Source: Candidatus Heimdallarchaeum aukensis (lineage in GTDB: Archaea > Asgardarchaeota > Heimdallarchaeia > Heimdallarchaeales > Heimdallarchaeaceae). Taken from it: 64,000 bases of DNA. Below, piece by piece: positions 1-8,947 of this stretch; the stretch's first letter is position 1, and each line of letters opens with the position of its first letter. The notes under the pieces were generated by a model, which had not been told where the DNA came from, ran no database searches, and was given only the letters and a program-made list of their open reading frames with translations. The translations under genes and the position numbers were made by a program. The stretch is from assembly GCA_021513695.1 (NCBI GenBank), contig CP084166.1:2272001-2336000 (forward strand), given 5' to 3'.

Positions 1-98
1 ATACTCACAAGGATAAAATATATGGTTTCTTCCTTGGAAATGAGGACGGTATTATCTTTAAGCATAGAATTTTCAACAAGGAACTCTGTCCTGAATCA

Positions 99-983
99 GT
101 GTTGGAAAATGTTGTAAGTTCTGTTTGTTCTTTTTTAAGAGAAACAGATCTCTCTGACCGGGGATCAATTACCTTGTCAAATTCTCTTATTTCATTTATT
201 AGAATTAAAGATGTTACTTATGTAATAAGTCATGGGATAGCAGAAATAAAAGAAGTCTATGAGATTCTGAATGAAATTGCAGACATATTTGAAGATCGGT
301 CTAAACGCCGTTTTCATAGTGGCAGTGAGAATCAGTTATTTTCTGGAGCTTCAGCTTCTTTTTCAGAAGTAGTGGAGGAAGTATTTAGAGAGATAATAAT
401 AGCTCAACAGAGGAAAGTTATGTACGAAGAAACAGTAGAAACAGATGCTGAAGAAATAATTCTTTCTGATCTAGAAATTGTTGACTTTCCTGTTTCTGTT
501 TCAGGAGAATCAAAAACTGAGCAAATTTCAAAAGAAAAAGAAGAAAAAGCAGCTACTGAAGGAAAAGAAGAAAAAGTAAAACCTGTTAGTAAGGAAGATC
601 ACTTGAGATCTATTTCATATAATATATTAAATTCTCTATCTGGAATCAAGCATCTAGTTTTTATCGAACATGCTGATAACAAAGCTAAAATGTTTTTTGA
701 ATATGGTGAGATTGAAGAAAAAATAGTTCAGCAAACGGTATCTATATGTGAAAAATTCCTAAAAGAAATTATAGAACTTATGGCTGATAAAGAAGAAAAA
801 AGTGCGATAGAAGTAAGTAAGAACTATCAGATTATCTTTGTTCCATTAAATGAAACTAATTTTATGTATGCTATCGCCACAAAAAGTATTGACCCTGTAA
901 TTATGGAACCTGTTTTTGAAAGAATTGCAAGACGGATAGTCCAGCTTGTTCTTGACTATAAAAAAGAAAAAAATGAAAGTTAA
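99..983 (+). CDS. Hypothetical protein. The N- and C-terminal halves each resemble roadblock/LC7/longin-like alpha-beta domains, separated by an acidic K/E-rich linker.
   Basis: 294-aa ORF with normal K/E/I-rich host composition. The two-domain hydrophobic pattern looks roadblock-like to the eye; no catalytic motif seen. Confidence 0.4.
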   Translation: MLENVVSSVCSFLRETDLSDRGSITLSNSLISFIRIKDVTYVISHGIAEIKEVYEILNEIADIFEDRSKRRFHSGSENQLFSGASASFSEVVEEVFREIIIAQQRKVMYEETVETDAEEIILSDLEIVDFPVSVSGESKTEQISKEKEEKAATEGKEEKVKPVSKEDHLRSISYNILNSLSGIKHLVFIEHADNKAKMFFEYGEIEEKIVQQTVSICEKFLKEIIELMADKEEKSAIEVSKNYQIIFVPLNETNFMYAIATKSIDPVIMEPVFERIARRIVQLVLDYKKEKNES

Positions 984-984
984 T

Positions 985-1683
985 TTATGTGTTGAAAGCT
1001 CTATCTCCTGCATCTCCTAATCCTGGAACAATGTAACCTTTTTCATTCAGTTCCTTGTCTATGTCTCCCGTGAGAATAATGGTTTCTGGATATTTATCCA
1101 ATATCCTATTGATGCCATATTCAGAAGCTATAGCACTTAATACAACAATCCTTTTCGGTTTTTGCTGGTAAAGATGATCTAGAATGAACAACATCGTTGA
1201 TCCACTAGCTAACATGGGGTCTACAATAATAGCTACATTTGATTCATCTAAATAAGGTATGTTTATGTAAGGGACATCAATTCTGAACTCTTTTCCTCCC
1301 TCCCGAAGCATTTTTCCTCTAGATGCAGAAACAACGCCCATTGAAGCTCTAGAAAACTGATTAATTACGCCCTCTGCCATTGGTAGCGCAGCTCTAAGTA
1401 TAGCAACCACTACAATATTGTCTCTAATCTTTCTTACTTCTGCAATACCTAATGGCGTTTCTACTTTTTCTCCTACATTATCAAAATATCTAGCTGCTTC
1501 ATAAGCTAGGTAAGTACCCAACTTTTGAAGATTAAATCTGAATTCTGCAGGTTCTGTTTCTTTATTACGTAAAGTTCCAACAACTTGAGAAACAAGTAAG
1601 TTTTCGTTACTTATATTTTTATACATCTCAAGAGGACTATAAATTTGAAAGAAGAAAAACATTTCTGAAGATGTAAACTTCAT
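985..1683 (-). CDS. upp: Uracil phosphoribosyltransferase
   Basis: UPRTase motifs: VVAILRAALPM, IVDPMLASGST (PRPP-binding loop), YIVPGLGDAGDRAFNT at the C-terminus. True start is probably the internal Met (MYKNIS, ~1626). Confidence 0.85.
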   Translation of the reverse strand: MKFTSSEMFFFFQIYSPLEMYKNISNENLLVSQVVGTLRNKETEPAEFRFNLQKLGTYLAYEAARYFDNVGEKVETPLGIAEVRKIRDNIVVVAILRAALPMAEGVINQFSRASMGVVSASRGKMLREGGKEFRIDVPYINIPYLDESNVAIIVDPMLASGSTMLFILDHLYQQKPKRIVVLSAIASEYGINRILDKYPETIILTGDIDKELNEKGYIVPGLGDAGDRAFNT

Positions 1684-1773
1684 GTCAAGTAAAGTTATCC
1701 TATAAGAAAGAATTATCTTTATTCAAAAAGTAAATTAAGAATAGTGAATATAGTTAATCATTAGATTTACAAG

Positions 1774-2463
1774 TTGTTCAGCATGTATTCGGAGCTAGAT
1801 AAAAAAAATAAAAGAAACTTAATTAAAAGAATAGGGGTTATGCATGGAATAGAGATTACAGATAGAATGATTCAAGCTTTTATTAATGTTCCACGTGAGG
1901 AGTTTGTTCTCGAAAGAGATAAAAATTCAGCTTATGTAGATTCTCCAAGACCAATTCTCGCTGGACAAACAATTTCAGCTATACACATGGTAATTATGTA
2001 TATTTCTCCCTCCCTCTCTGATCCAAAGGAAGGAGATATCGTTCTTGAAGTTGGAGCAGGAAGTGGGTACAATGCAGCACTTTTTGCAGAAATGGTGGCT
2101 CCAAAAGGGTCATCTAACCCTGGGCATGTGTATGCGTTAGAAATTATCCCCGAGCTGGTAGAGTTTGCAAGAGAAAACATCGAAAGAACAGGTTATTCTG
2201 ACAGAGTTACAATAATTCATGCAGATGGAGGTATAGGATATCCCGAAAAAGCTCCTTTTGATATAATCTCTGTTGCTGCTGCATCTAAAGGGATTCCAGA
2301 GCCGTTAAAGGAACAACTTAAGGTAGGAGGAAGAATGATTATTCCTGTTGGGACAACATTTTTTCAAGAACTGATATTAATAAGAAAGGAATCAAGTGGA
2401 AATTTTTCACAAAAAAATATTTGTGGAGTTAGATTCGTTCCTTTGACGGGAAAATACGGGTAA
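1774..2463 (+). CDS. pcm: Protein-L-isoaspartate O-methyltransferase
   Basis: SAM-binding motif VLEVGAGSGYNAALFAEMV, plus PIMT-typical GQTISAIHMV and FDIISVAAA, and C-terminal RFVPLTG. Confidence 0.85.
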   Translation: MFSMYSELDKKNKRNLIKRIGVMHGIEITDRMIQAFINVPREEFVLERDKNSAYVDSPRPILAGQTISAIHMVIMYISPSLSDPKEGDIVLEVGAGSGYNAALFAEMVAPKGSSNPGHVYALEIIPELVEFARENIERTGYSDRVTIIHADGGIGYPEKAPFDIISVAAASKGIPEPLKEQLKVGGRMIIPVGTTFFQELILIRKESSGNFSQKNICGVRFVPLTGKYG

Positions 2464-2495
2464 AAAGAGAATACAAAGACAGCCAATTTCTCTAT

Positions 2496-3530
2496 TCAAC
2501 TAAAAAAGGAGTCTAATCTTTTTTGTTGGAGAATGGATTTTTGTTCTTCTTTTGTTTTTGACAAAACATTTCTTACTCTAGCTTCATCAAAGCCTCTTTG
2601 TTCACACAAGAATTCAACTATTCCTTCAATATCTATCTCTCCAAAACTAAGGTCATAGTCTTCAGTAATTACAGGATTTCTAAAAACTTCGCGTATCTCT
2701 TCATAATCTGCATTTAACTCAATGTTAACATTTTCTAGAACTTTCTCTATAGTACCATACTGCTGAATATATTTGTAAGCTGTTTTTGGTCCCACTCCTT
2801 TTACTCCATCAGGATTGAAATCAGTTCCAATTAGAATGGCCATATCGATAAGTTGATCCGGAGTTAAGTTCAATTCCTTTAACAGATTTTCTCTGCGATA
2901 TATCTCAACATTTACAGTAATATATCGATTACTTCTGGGGAGTTTTCTTCTACCTGAGAGAGTTAAATTTCTAATCAATATTGGAGCTCCAAATAACAAA
3001 CTATCAAAATCTTGTGAAGCTACACCCCATACTTTCCTATGTTGAGCTAGATAAGCAGCCTGAGCTTCTCCTTCTTGTGGAGCTTCAATATAAGGGATTC
3101 CCATTAATCTGAGCAAGTGTTTAGCATCTTTTAACATATCTTCAGTCAATGAAACAGTTCTTTGTGCAACAGTGCGAACACGTTCCATGTCTCCTCTTTC
3201 TCTCGCTTCTTCTAGTTCTTCTCTTGCTTTTTCTTTTAATTTTACTCTTCTTCTTATTTCTTCCTTTTTAAGTTCTGATGGTTTTCCATCAAAAACATAA
3301 ACCAATTTTATTCCATGTTGTAATAGTCTAGCATTGCGGTATAAAAGACCAGATAAATGACTAGTAACCATTCCGTCTATATTTTTTAAAAGAGAACCAT
3401 CCATTCCTCTGATGGAAGCTAAAAATTGGTAGAGAATATTATATGCGTCTACAGCTAAACGCTTTCGACTTAAATCAGAAAGTTCTATAGGTTCTCCTTT
3501 AATGAGGTCTGAAATTTTCTTTACTCCCAT
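2496..3530 (-). CDS. fen: Flap endonuclease 1 (FEN-1)
   Basis: N-terminal MGVKKISDLI...AVDAYNILYQFL...GMVTSHLSG...VYVFDGKPSELK signature, an H3TH region (GIGPKTA-like GVGPKTAYKY), and a C-terminal PIP-like QKRLDSFF. Confidence 0.9.
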   Translation of the reverse strand: MGVKKISDLIKGEPIELSDLSRKRLAVDAYNILYQFLASIRGMDGSLLKNIDGMVTSHLSGLLYRNARLLQHGIKLVYVFDGKPSELKKEEIRRRVKLKEKAREELEEARERGDMERVRTVAQRTVSLTEDMLKDAKHLLRLMGIPYIEAPQEGEAQAAYLAQHRKVWGVASQDFDSLLFGAPILIRNLTLSGRRKLPRSNRYITVNVEIYRRENLLKELNLTPDQLIDMAILIGTDFNPDGVKGVGPKTAYKYIQQYGTIEKVLENVNIELNADYEEIREVFRNPVITEDYDLSFGEIDIEGIVEFLCEQRGFDEARVRNVLSKTKEEQKSILQQKRLDSFFS

Positions 3531-3656
3531 TTAAAACACCATTACTTGTATAACCTATATATTTTATTATTTAAAGTTAATTTCAAATAAAGATCTGAGA
3601 ATAAATGGTCTGAACAGACAAGAATTAAATAAGGAAAGAAAAAAGTTAAACCGCCA

Positions 3657-4898
3657 ATGACTAAAAGTAATGAATATGTATTTTTTAAACTTGGACGGAA
3701 TAAGGAGTTGGCGGAAGTTGAAATTTCCACAATTCTTGAGAAAGTGGGAATAAATAGAAAAATTAGTTATTTTCAGTGGAAAGAATTTCTCTTTGTTAAA
3801 ATAGAAAAAAAAGAAGAACAGAAGGTTCTTCAAAAAATTAGAGAAACTGGAAGTATAGTAAAAGTTGGTAGTTGTTTTGCAAAATGTAATTCTGAGATTG
3901 AAGTTAAAAAAGTGATACCAGACAAAATTAATCAGATAATAGAAAAATTCTCAGGAAAAAAAGAAAAAATAAAATTTTCAATTAACCTTCAAATAGAGAA
4001 AGAAAAACAAAAATCTTTTTCTGAAATAGTGAAGAATGAGATACTAAAAATTGCAAAAGATAAAAGGGTAGAAGTGAAGATAATTCCAAAAAAAGGATAT
4101 TCACTAGAACTTAGCCCTTACCAGTATCACAAAGAAAATATGCCAAAAAGAGGTGTAGAATTAATTATTTTTGGTATAAAGTCAAAGTTGTATCTTGGAG
4201 AAACAAAATGGGTAACAAATCCATTCTTTGACATAAAACTTGATGAAGGACGGCCAGAACGATTATTTACACATGGGACATCAATAAAAATGGCTCGTTC
4301 ATTAATTAATCTCACAAATATCAAGAAAGGTTGTAAAATAGTAGATCCTTTTTCAGGAACAGGAACTCTATTGATTGTAGGATTGTTACAAGGTTATGAT
4401 GTTTTGGGTTTTGAAAAAGATCCGAGATGTGTTAGAGTTGCTAAAACAAATATACGTTGGGCAGTTGATAAATACAAACTTGAGCGAAGTTGGAAAATAT
4501 ACAAGAATGATGCCAGGGATATGCATAAAATAATTAGTGAAAAAGTTGATGCAGTTGTAACAGAACCATATTTAGGGCCATTTCTAAAAACTCTTCCTGA
4601 TTTAGAAGAAGGAAAAAAAATAATCCATGAACTTGAAAAGTTATATGCTAAAGTTTTATATTCGTGTAGTCAAATCTTGAAAGATGATTCTAGAGTAGTC
4701 ATAATCTTTCCTTTTTATGAATATCCAGACAAAACTAAACTTTCAATTAATTTAGAACGTGTAATAAATGGTTTATCGTTAGAACTAGTAGAAAAGACTC
4801 TTCACTTTAATGTTAGTTTTCCTATCAGCATCGGAAGAGAACATAATATTATCTCAAGACAAATTGTTATACTAAAGAAAAATAGTATGAAACAATAA
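3657..4898 (+). CDS. THUMP-domain RNA/tRNA methyltransferase (Trm11/Trm-G10-like class I SAM-dependent methyltransferase)
   Basis: An N-terminal THUMP-like region followed by a Rossmann fold carrying VDPFSGTGTLLIVG (motif I) and the later VVTEPYLGPF (motif IV-like). Confidence 0.55.
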   Translation: MTKSNEYVFFKLGRNKELAEVEISTILEKVGINRKISYFQWKEFLFVKIEKKEEQKVLQKIRETGSIVKVGSCFAKCNSEIEVKKVIPDKINQIIEKFSGKKEKIKFSINLQIEKEKQKSFSEIVKNEILKIAKDKRVEVKIIPKKGYSLELSPYQYHKENMPKRGVELIIFGIKSKLYLGETKWVTNPFFDIKLDEGRPERLFTHGTSIKMARSLINLTNIKKGCKIVDPFSGTGTLLIVGLLQGYDVLGFEKDPRCVRVAKTNIRWAVDKYKLERSWKIYKNDARDMHKIISEKVDAVVTEPYLGPFLKTLPDLEEGKKIIHELEKLYAKVLYSCSQILKDDSRVVIIFPFYEYPDKTKLSINLERVINGLSLELVEKTLHFNVSFPISIGREHNIISRQIVILKKNSMKQ

Positions 4899-4931
4899 TC
4901 TTTCAATCTTTGTTTAATTTACTAATCTTAT

Positions 4932-5195
4932 TTAATCTTCGCCAACCGCAAGAAAACTCATATCTTTTGTTAGTTTTTGGATACGTCTTTTAGTTTTAGA
5001 AATCCATGAGACATGAATTAATCCATTAGTTTCCAAAGAGAGTAGAGCTTTGTTTAATTCAGTTTCGGAATAATCGCCATAAAGTTCTCTAAGTGGATTT
5101 TCTAGCTCATTCTCAATAATTACTCCGCCCCGTTTTTCTAAAATTGCGAGAATACAAGATTTTAATGGCGTAACTCTCCATGCTGCAGAGGTCAT
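4932..5195 (-). CDS. Small winged-helix (wHTH) DNA-binding-like protein
   Basis: 87-aa ORF with a helix-turn-helix-like pattern (LAILEKRGGVIIENEL...NGLIHVSW). No further assignment possible. Confidence 0.3.
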   Translation of the reverse strand: MTSAAWRVTPLKSCILAILEKRGGVIIENELENPLRELYGDYSETELNKALLSLETNGLIHVSWISKTKRRIQKLTKDMSFLAVGED

Positions 5196-5343
5196 CGTAG
5201 AATCACCTAAAATAAAGATGTAGTAAGCTTTTTAGAATGTTTTGTTCCACAAGAAAAAGAGTCGAACTTTTAAATCTAAGAGACAAAATAAATTAGAAAG
5301 ACAAAATTTTTAATATATACTTTTTTTCAAGTTTTTAGTTATT

Positions 5344-5523
5344 ATGAACACACGAAATCGTATATATGTGATTATTACTTTATCGATAGCAATATTATTC
5401 TTAATCATTGCAATTGTTCAATCACAAATTGACAGTTTTAGCGCAATAACGAAGATGACTGAAGAAGAAGTGAAAAATTTCTTGTCGGGATACTTAGCAG
5501 GTTTCCCAAAACCATGGGAATAA
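5344..5523 (+). CDS. Small single-pass membrane protein (59 aa), immediately upstream of the polyferredoxin gene
   Basis: ATG..TAA ORF. The hydrophobic segment IYVIITLSIAILFLIIAIV is followed by an acidic tail. Below the 60-aa cutoff of the ORF track; co-oriented with 5539. Confidence 0.3.
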   Translation: MNTRNRIYVIITLSIAILFLIIAIVQSQIDSFSAITKMTEEEVKNFLSGYLAGFPKPWE

Positions 5524-5538
5524 AGTGAGAGGATTGAA

Positions 5539-6465
5539 ATGACAAAGAACAAAGAAAAAAACATAACATTATCTTTACGTCCGATAACTAATCATAAAAT
5601 TAGAATAGTTAGAATCATTACACAATTAGTAATATTTAGCTTATTAAACGGGTTAATATTTGGGCTAGCTAGAGTAAGTTTAATTTTACCTATTGAATAC
5701 CCTACAGGAGGACCATTTTCTACGGTATGGAGTGGTTTTGAAGCGTTACAGTATGGGCTAACAATCTTTACCTTCCCCTATCTTGTAATAGCTATCTTTG
5801 GATTATTTGGAGCTGTGGCTGGAAAAACAACTTGTGGATGGGCTTGCCCAATGGGATTATTCCAAGATTTATTTAGTTACATCCCAATAAAAAAGAAAAA
5901 AGTTTCTAAACCAACAGAAAAGTCACTAAGAAGTTTCGCCGTGTTCATTATTATATTCGCTTTAGTATTCTCTTTAGTCATAGGAATATCTTATAATAAA
6001 AACGGTTCTGCAGCAAAAGACGCTTATGGAATATGGGGAAATATTCCTTATAGTGTGTTAGATCCCGTAGCAACAATTTTTGCAACTCTGTTTTATTATC
6101 TAAAATGGGGAATCCAAGCAGAAACACTTGGAGCTGAAATGGGTGATTGGAAATTTTGGTTTATTGCAAGAATATTATTCTTAGCAATAATCTTAATCCT
6201 CATAACCTTATATCCAAGAGCTTATTGTAGATGGTTCTGCCCAACAGGATACATATTAGGCTTTTTCAATAACTTTAGTCTATTTGGTTTAAAAATAAAT
6301 AAGAATAGATGTCCAACTGGTTGTAATAAATGTGAAAAAGCTTGTCCGGTTCAAGTACCTATACTAGATTATGATAAGAACATAACACATCCCAATTGTA
6401 CAAATTGTGGAGAATGTATAGATGCTTGTCCTGAAGGAGCTCTAAAAATAGGTTTCAGATTCTGA
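5539..6465 (+). CDS. Membrane-bound polyferredoxin (NapH/MauN-like 4Fe-4S protein)
   Basis: Multiple TM helices with CGWACPMG and CRWFCPTG motifs, and a C-terminal 2x[4Fe-4S] ferredoxin region (CPTGCNKCEKACP ... CTNCGECIDACP). Confidence 0.65.
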   Translation: MTKNKEKNITLSLRPITNHKIRIVRIITQLVIFSLLNGLIFGLARVSLILPIEYPTGGPFSTVWSGFEALQYGLTIFTFPYLVIAIFGLFGAVAGKTTCGWACPMGLFQDLFSYIPIKKKKVSKPTEKSLRSFAVFIIIFALVFSLVIGISYNKNGSAAKDAYGIWGNIPYSVLDPVATIFATLFYYLKWGIQAETLGAEMGDWKFWFIARILFLAIILILITLYPRAYCRWFCPTGYILGFFNNFSLFGLKINKNRCPTGCNKCEKACPVQVPILDYDKNITHPNCTNCGECIDACPEGALKIGFRF

Positions 6466-6519
6466 TTATCCAAACTTATTTCATAGAAATTCTTTTTCTT
6501 TTCTCTTTTCTTTTTTGTA

Positions 6520-7773
6520 TTAACTTTGAATTTGTAAAGAATGATGGTATGCTTCTTTTTCTGTTTTTTGAAGAATAGAACTGTAACCTTTTTCTAAATA
6601 ATCCTGAATAATCGAAAGAACTGATTTTGATATGGGAAGTTTAACACTGTTATTAGTTTTCAGTATTTCTTCTATACTCACTTCAAGAGAGTCAAGATAA
6701 AGAGCAGCAGAATAAAGTTCCTTAATAAAGTTGTAATTCTTATGTATAATGAACCCTTTTAAATGAGACATTTTTAATAAAATCTCTGATAAAATTAAAT
6801 TAACCTTATTCGCTTGCTCTGGAATATATCGAATAGGAGAATAACCAAGTTTCATTTCATAATTATATCTAAAAGCTTTAACGCGCGGAAGAACCAATCC
6901 TAATCTTTTGAATGCTTTTCTGTCGAAATCCCCATATTTATCATTGTTTCCGTAAAGCTCTAAATATTTGGCTACCAAATGAGGATAATGTTTTCTAAGG
7001 GTATCAATAAATTCATCTTTATTTCTCCCTGGCTTAAGAGTAAGTCCCCAAGTGATAACATACTCTGCATTAGCTTTTTTTGCTTTGTGAAAAATATTTT
7101 CAATGTTTTCTTTTGTATCTCCAATAAAGGGTAAACATGGATTGAAATAAACCCCAGAATGTATTCCTTCTTTACGTAATTTAGAGATAGCTCGAAAACG
7201 ATCCTCTGAAGAACTAGCACGAGGTTCGAAAATCTTACGAACTGAATCATCCGCGAGAGTGATAGTGAAATTAACACTAGCATAAGTCTGTTCATTAATA
7301 GCTTTAAGCAAGTCAAGATCACGAAGAACGAGAGTGCTTTTTGTGAGAATGAAGACTGGTAATTCATAATCATGTATGACTTGAAGAAGTTTACGAGTAA
7401 GTTGAAGTTCTTTTTCTGCAGGTTGATAGACATCGCAAACTCCTCCACCTACAAAAATAACGAATTTAGAAGGAGAAGGCATCTGAATTCGCTCAACTGT
7501 AGTATCTAAATAGTTGAGTAATGAGTGGGATGAATTAGGAGAAAAAAATCCTCTTTTTTTGAGATATTTCTCCAAGAGCTCTGGAGCATTAACCTTAACT
7601 TTGATTCGATTAGCAAAATCTTCATGCATATAATAGGATTCAGCTTTACCGTCACAATATTTGCAATCGTGCCAACAACCCTGATAGGGATTAAGGTAAA
7701 CTTTAGCCCAAGAGAAAAAAGAAGGTGTTACTTCTTTAATTAACGATTTAGCACGAATACGTTCAATGATCAT
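6520..7773 (-). CDS. Radical SAM protein (SplB-like / COG1533 family)
   Basis: N-terminal CxxxCxxC radical-SAM cluster motif (GCWHDCKYCDG). 417 aa, normal host composition. Confidence 0.65.
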   Translation of the reverse strand: MIIERIRAKSLIKEVTPSFFSWAKVYLNPYQGCWHDCKYCDGKAESYYMHEDFANRIKVKVNAPELLEKYLKKRGFFSPNSSHSLLNYLDTTVERIQMPSPSKFVIFVGGGVCDVYQPAEKELQLTRKLLQVIHDYELPVFILTKSTLVLRDLDLLKAINEQTYASVNFTITLADDSVRKIFEPRASSSEDRFRAISKLRKEGIHSGVYFNPCLPFIGDTKENIENIFHKAKKANAEYVITWGLTLKPGRNKDEFIDTLRKHYPHLVAKYLELYGNNDKYGDFDRKAFKRLGLVLPRVKAFRYNYEMKLGYSPIRYIPEQANKVNLILSEILLKMSHLKGFIIHKNYNFIKELYSAALYLDSLEVSIEEILKTNNSVKLPISKSVLSIIQDYLEKGYSSILQKTEKEAYHHSLQIQS

Positions 7774-7876
7774 TGTTTTCCCAATTAATCAAATAGAGTT
7801 TTTTTTATTTATAAAGATAGTTAGGTTGCTAGATTATCACCTTTAGATAAAGAAAAAAAGACATAGAATTAAAATA

Positions 7877-8947
7877 TTAAAACGATAAGGAAAAAAAGTC
7901 ATTGTTATTAAGTTTCGAATGAAACAAATAGCTTTTCCATTCAAGTTTACACGAACAAGAAGGTAAGTCCTGAAGAATATTGGGATCTTGAGAAAGAGTG
8001 AAATCTTTTAGGGCTTGAACAATTGTAGAGTCACAAGAACCACAGTTATGAGCTCCTCTCTTTTTACCTCCTGCAACAGGGTCACAAATGATTCTTAAGT
8101 TGGGATAGAGAGTAGAAAGTTCTCGGCAGATATGTACAAGTGACCATAAGTAGGGGGGACGATAAAGATTCTTATCAAAAAGTGAAGAGAGATAAGTGTC
8201 GCGTTGTATATTTATTGCATTAATTGATACGGTGTCTACCCCTAAAGAAACAACCTGTCTAACACTGTTAAAAACGTCCAACATGGAGTCAAATTCTGAA
8301 ACAAAAGGTGGTTTGAAAAGAAGGTAAGCTTTAATTTTTGCCCCAAAGGAAAAAACACGTTTTGTAGCACGTTCGAAATCTTCCCAAAAGAAACCTTTGT
8401 TTATAGAATCACGAAGAATAGCATTATTCGCACTTTCTAATCCTATAGCAATCTCAACTTTAGAAATATCAAAGTGATCACGGAGAAGTGTTAGTTTTTT
8501 TTCTGTAACATATGAAGGTCGAGACTCTAGTACTAACTCTTTAATACTTGACGAATAAGGTTGAAGTTCATGAAGGATAGAAATTAGAACATGGTTTGGG
8601 ACTTCGAGAGAATCAAGAATGCTACCACTAGTAAATAGTTTTATAGAATAAGAAAGGGACGGATCAATTAAAGAGGATAATTTAGAAGAAAAATCAGAGA
8701 GCATCTCTGAAAAATCTGGTTTTTGAGGGTTATCATAAAGATAACCGCAAATTGAACAACCTCCACTACGAGAAAGAGCCCAAGAACAACCTCTTGTAGG
8801 AAGAATAAAAACAATAGCTTTTGCTGGGCCAGTACGAAGACGATGATCTTCAACCCATGCAACAAGACGACGTGAAGTAGAACGCTTGGAAAGGGCTGAT
8901 TGGCGGTAACTATGGATTATGGAACTAAAAGAAGGGTTTATTTTCAT
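7877..8947 (-). CDS. Elp3-related radical SAM enzyme, likely RaSEA, the archaeosine-formation partner of ArcS
   Basis: Elp3-like cluster motif with long spacing (RGCSWALSRSGGCSICGY). A 4-nt ATGA overlap with the upstream arcS start suggests translational coupling. Ser-rich atypical composition. Confidence 0.6.
   Translation of the reverse strand: MKINPSFSSIIHSYRQSALSKRSTSRRLVAWVEDHRLRTGPAKAIVFILPTRGCSWALSRSGGCSICGYLYDNPQKPDFSEMLSDFSSKLSSLIDPSLSYSIKLFTSGSILDSLEVPNHVLISILHELQPYSSSIKELVLESRPSYVTEKKLTLLRDHFDISKVEIAIGLESANNAILRDSINKGFFWEDFERATKRVFSFGAKIKAYLLFKPPFVSEFDSMLDVFNSVRQVVSLGVDTVSINAINIQRDTYLSSLFDKNLYRPPYLWSLVHICRELSTLYPNLRIICDPVAGGKKRGAHNCGSCDSTIVQALKDFTLSQDPNILQDLPSCSCKLEWKSYLFHSKLNNNDFFSLSF

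Noticed and set aside
985-1683. Possible N-terminal extension of upp (first 19 codons MKFTSSEMFFFFQIYSPLE)
   Set aside because: Alignment to UPRTases begins at the internal Met (MYKNIS...). The extension is probably not translated, though this cannot be proven from sequence alone.
3542-3833. Minus-strand poly-Phe/Leu ORFs (3542-3730, 3567-3833)
   Set aside because: AT-rich promoter/5' region of the THUMP methyltransferase gene read antisense; low-complexity products.
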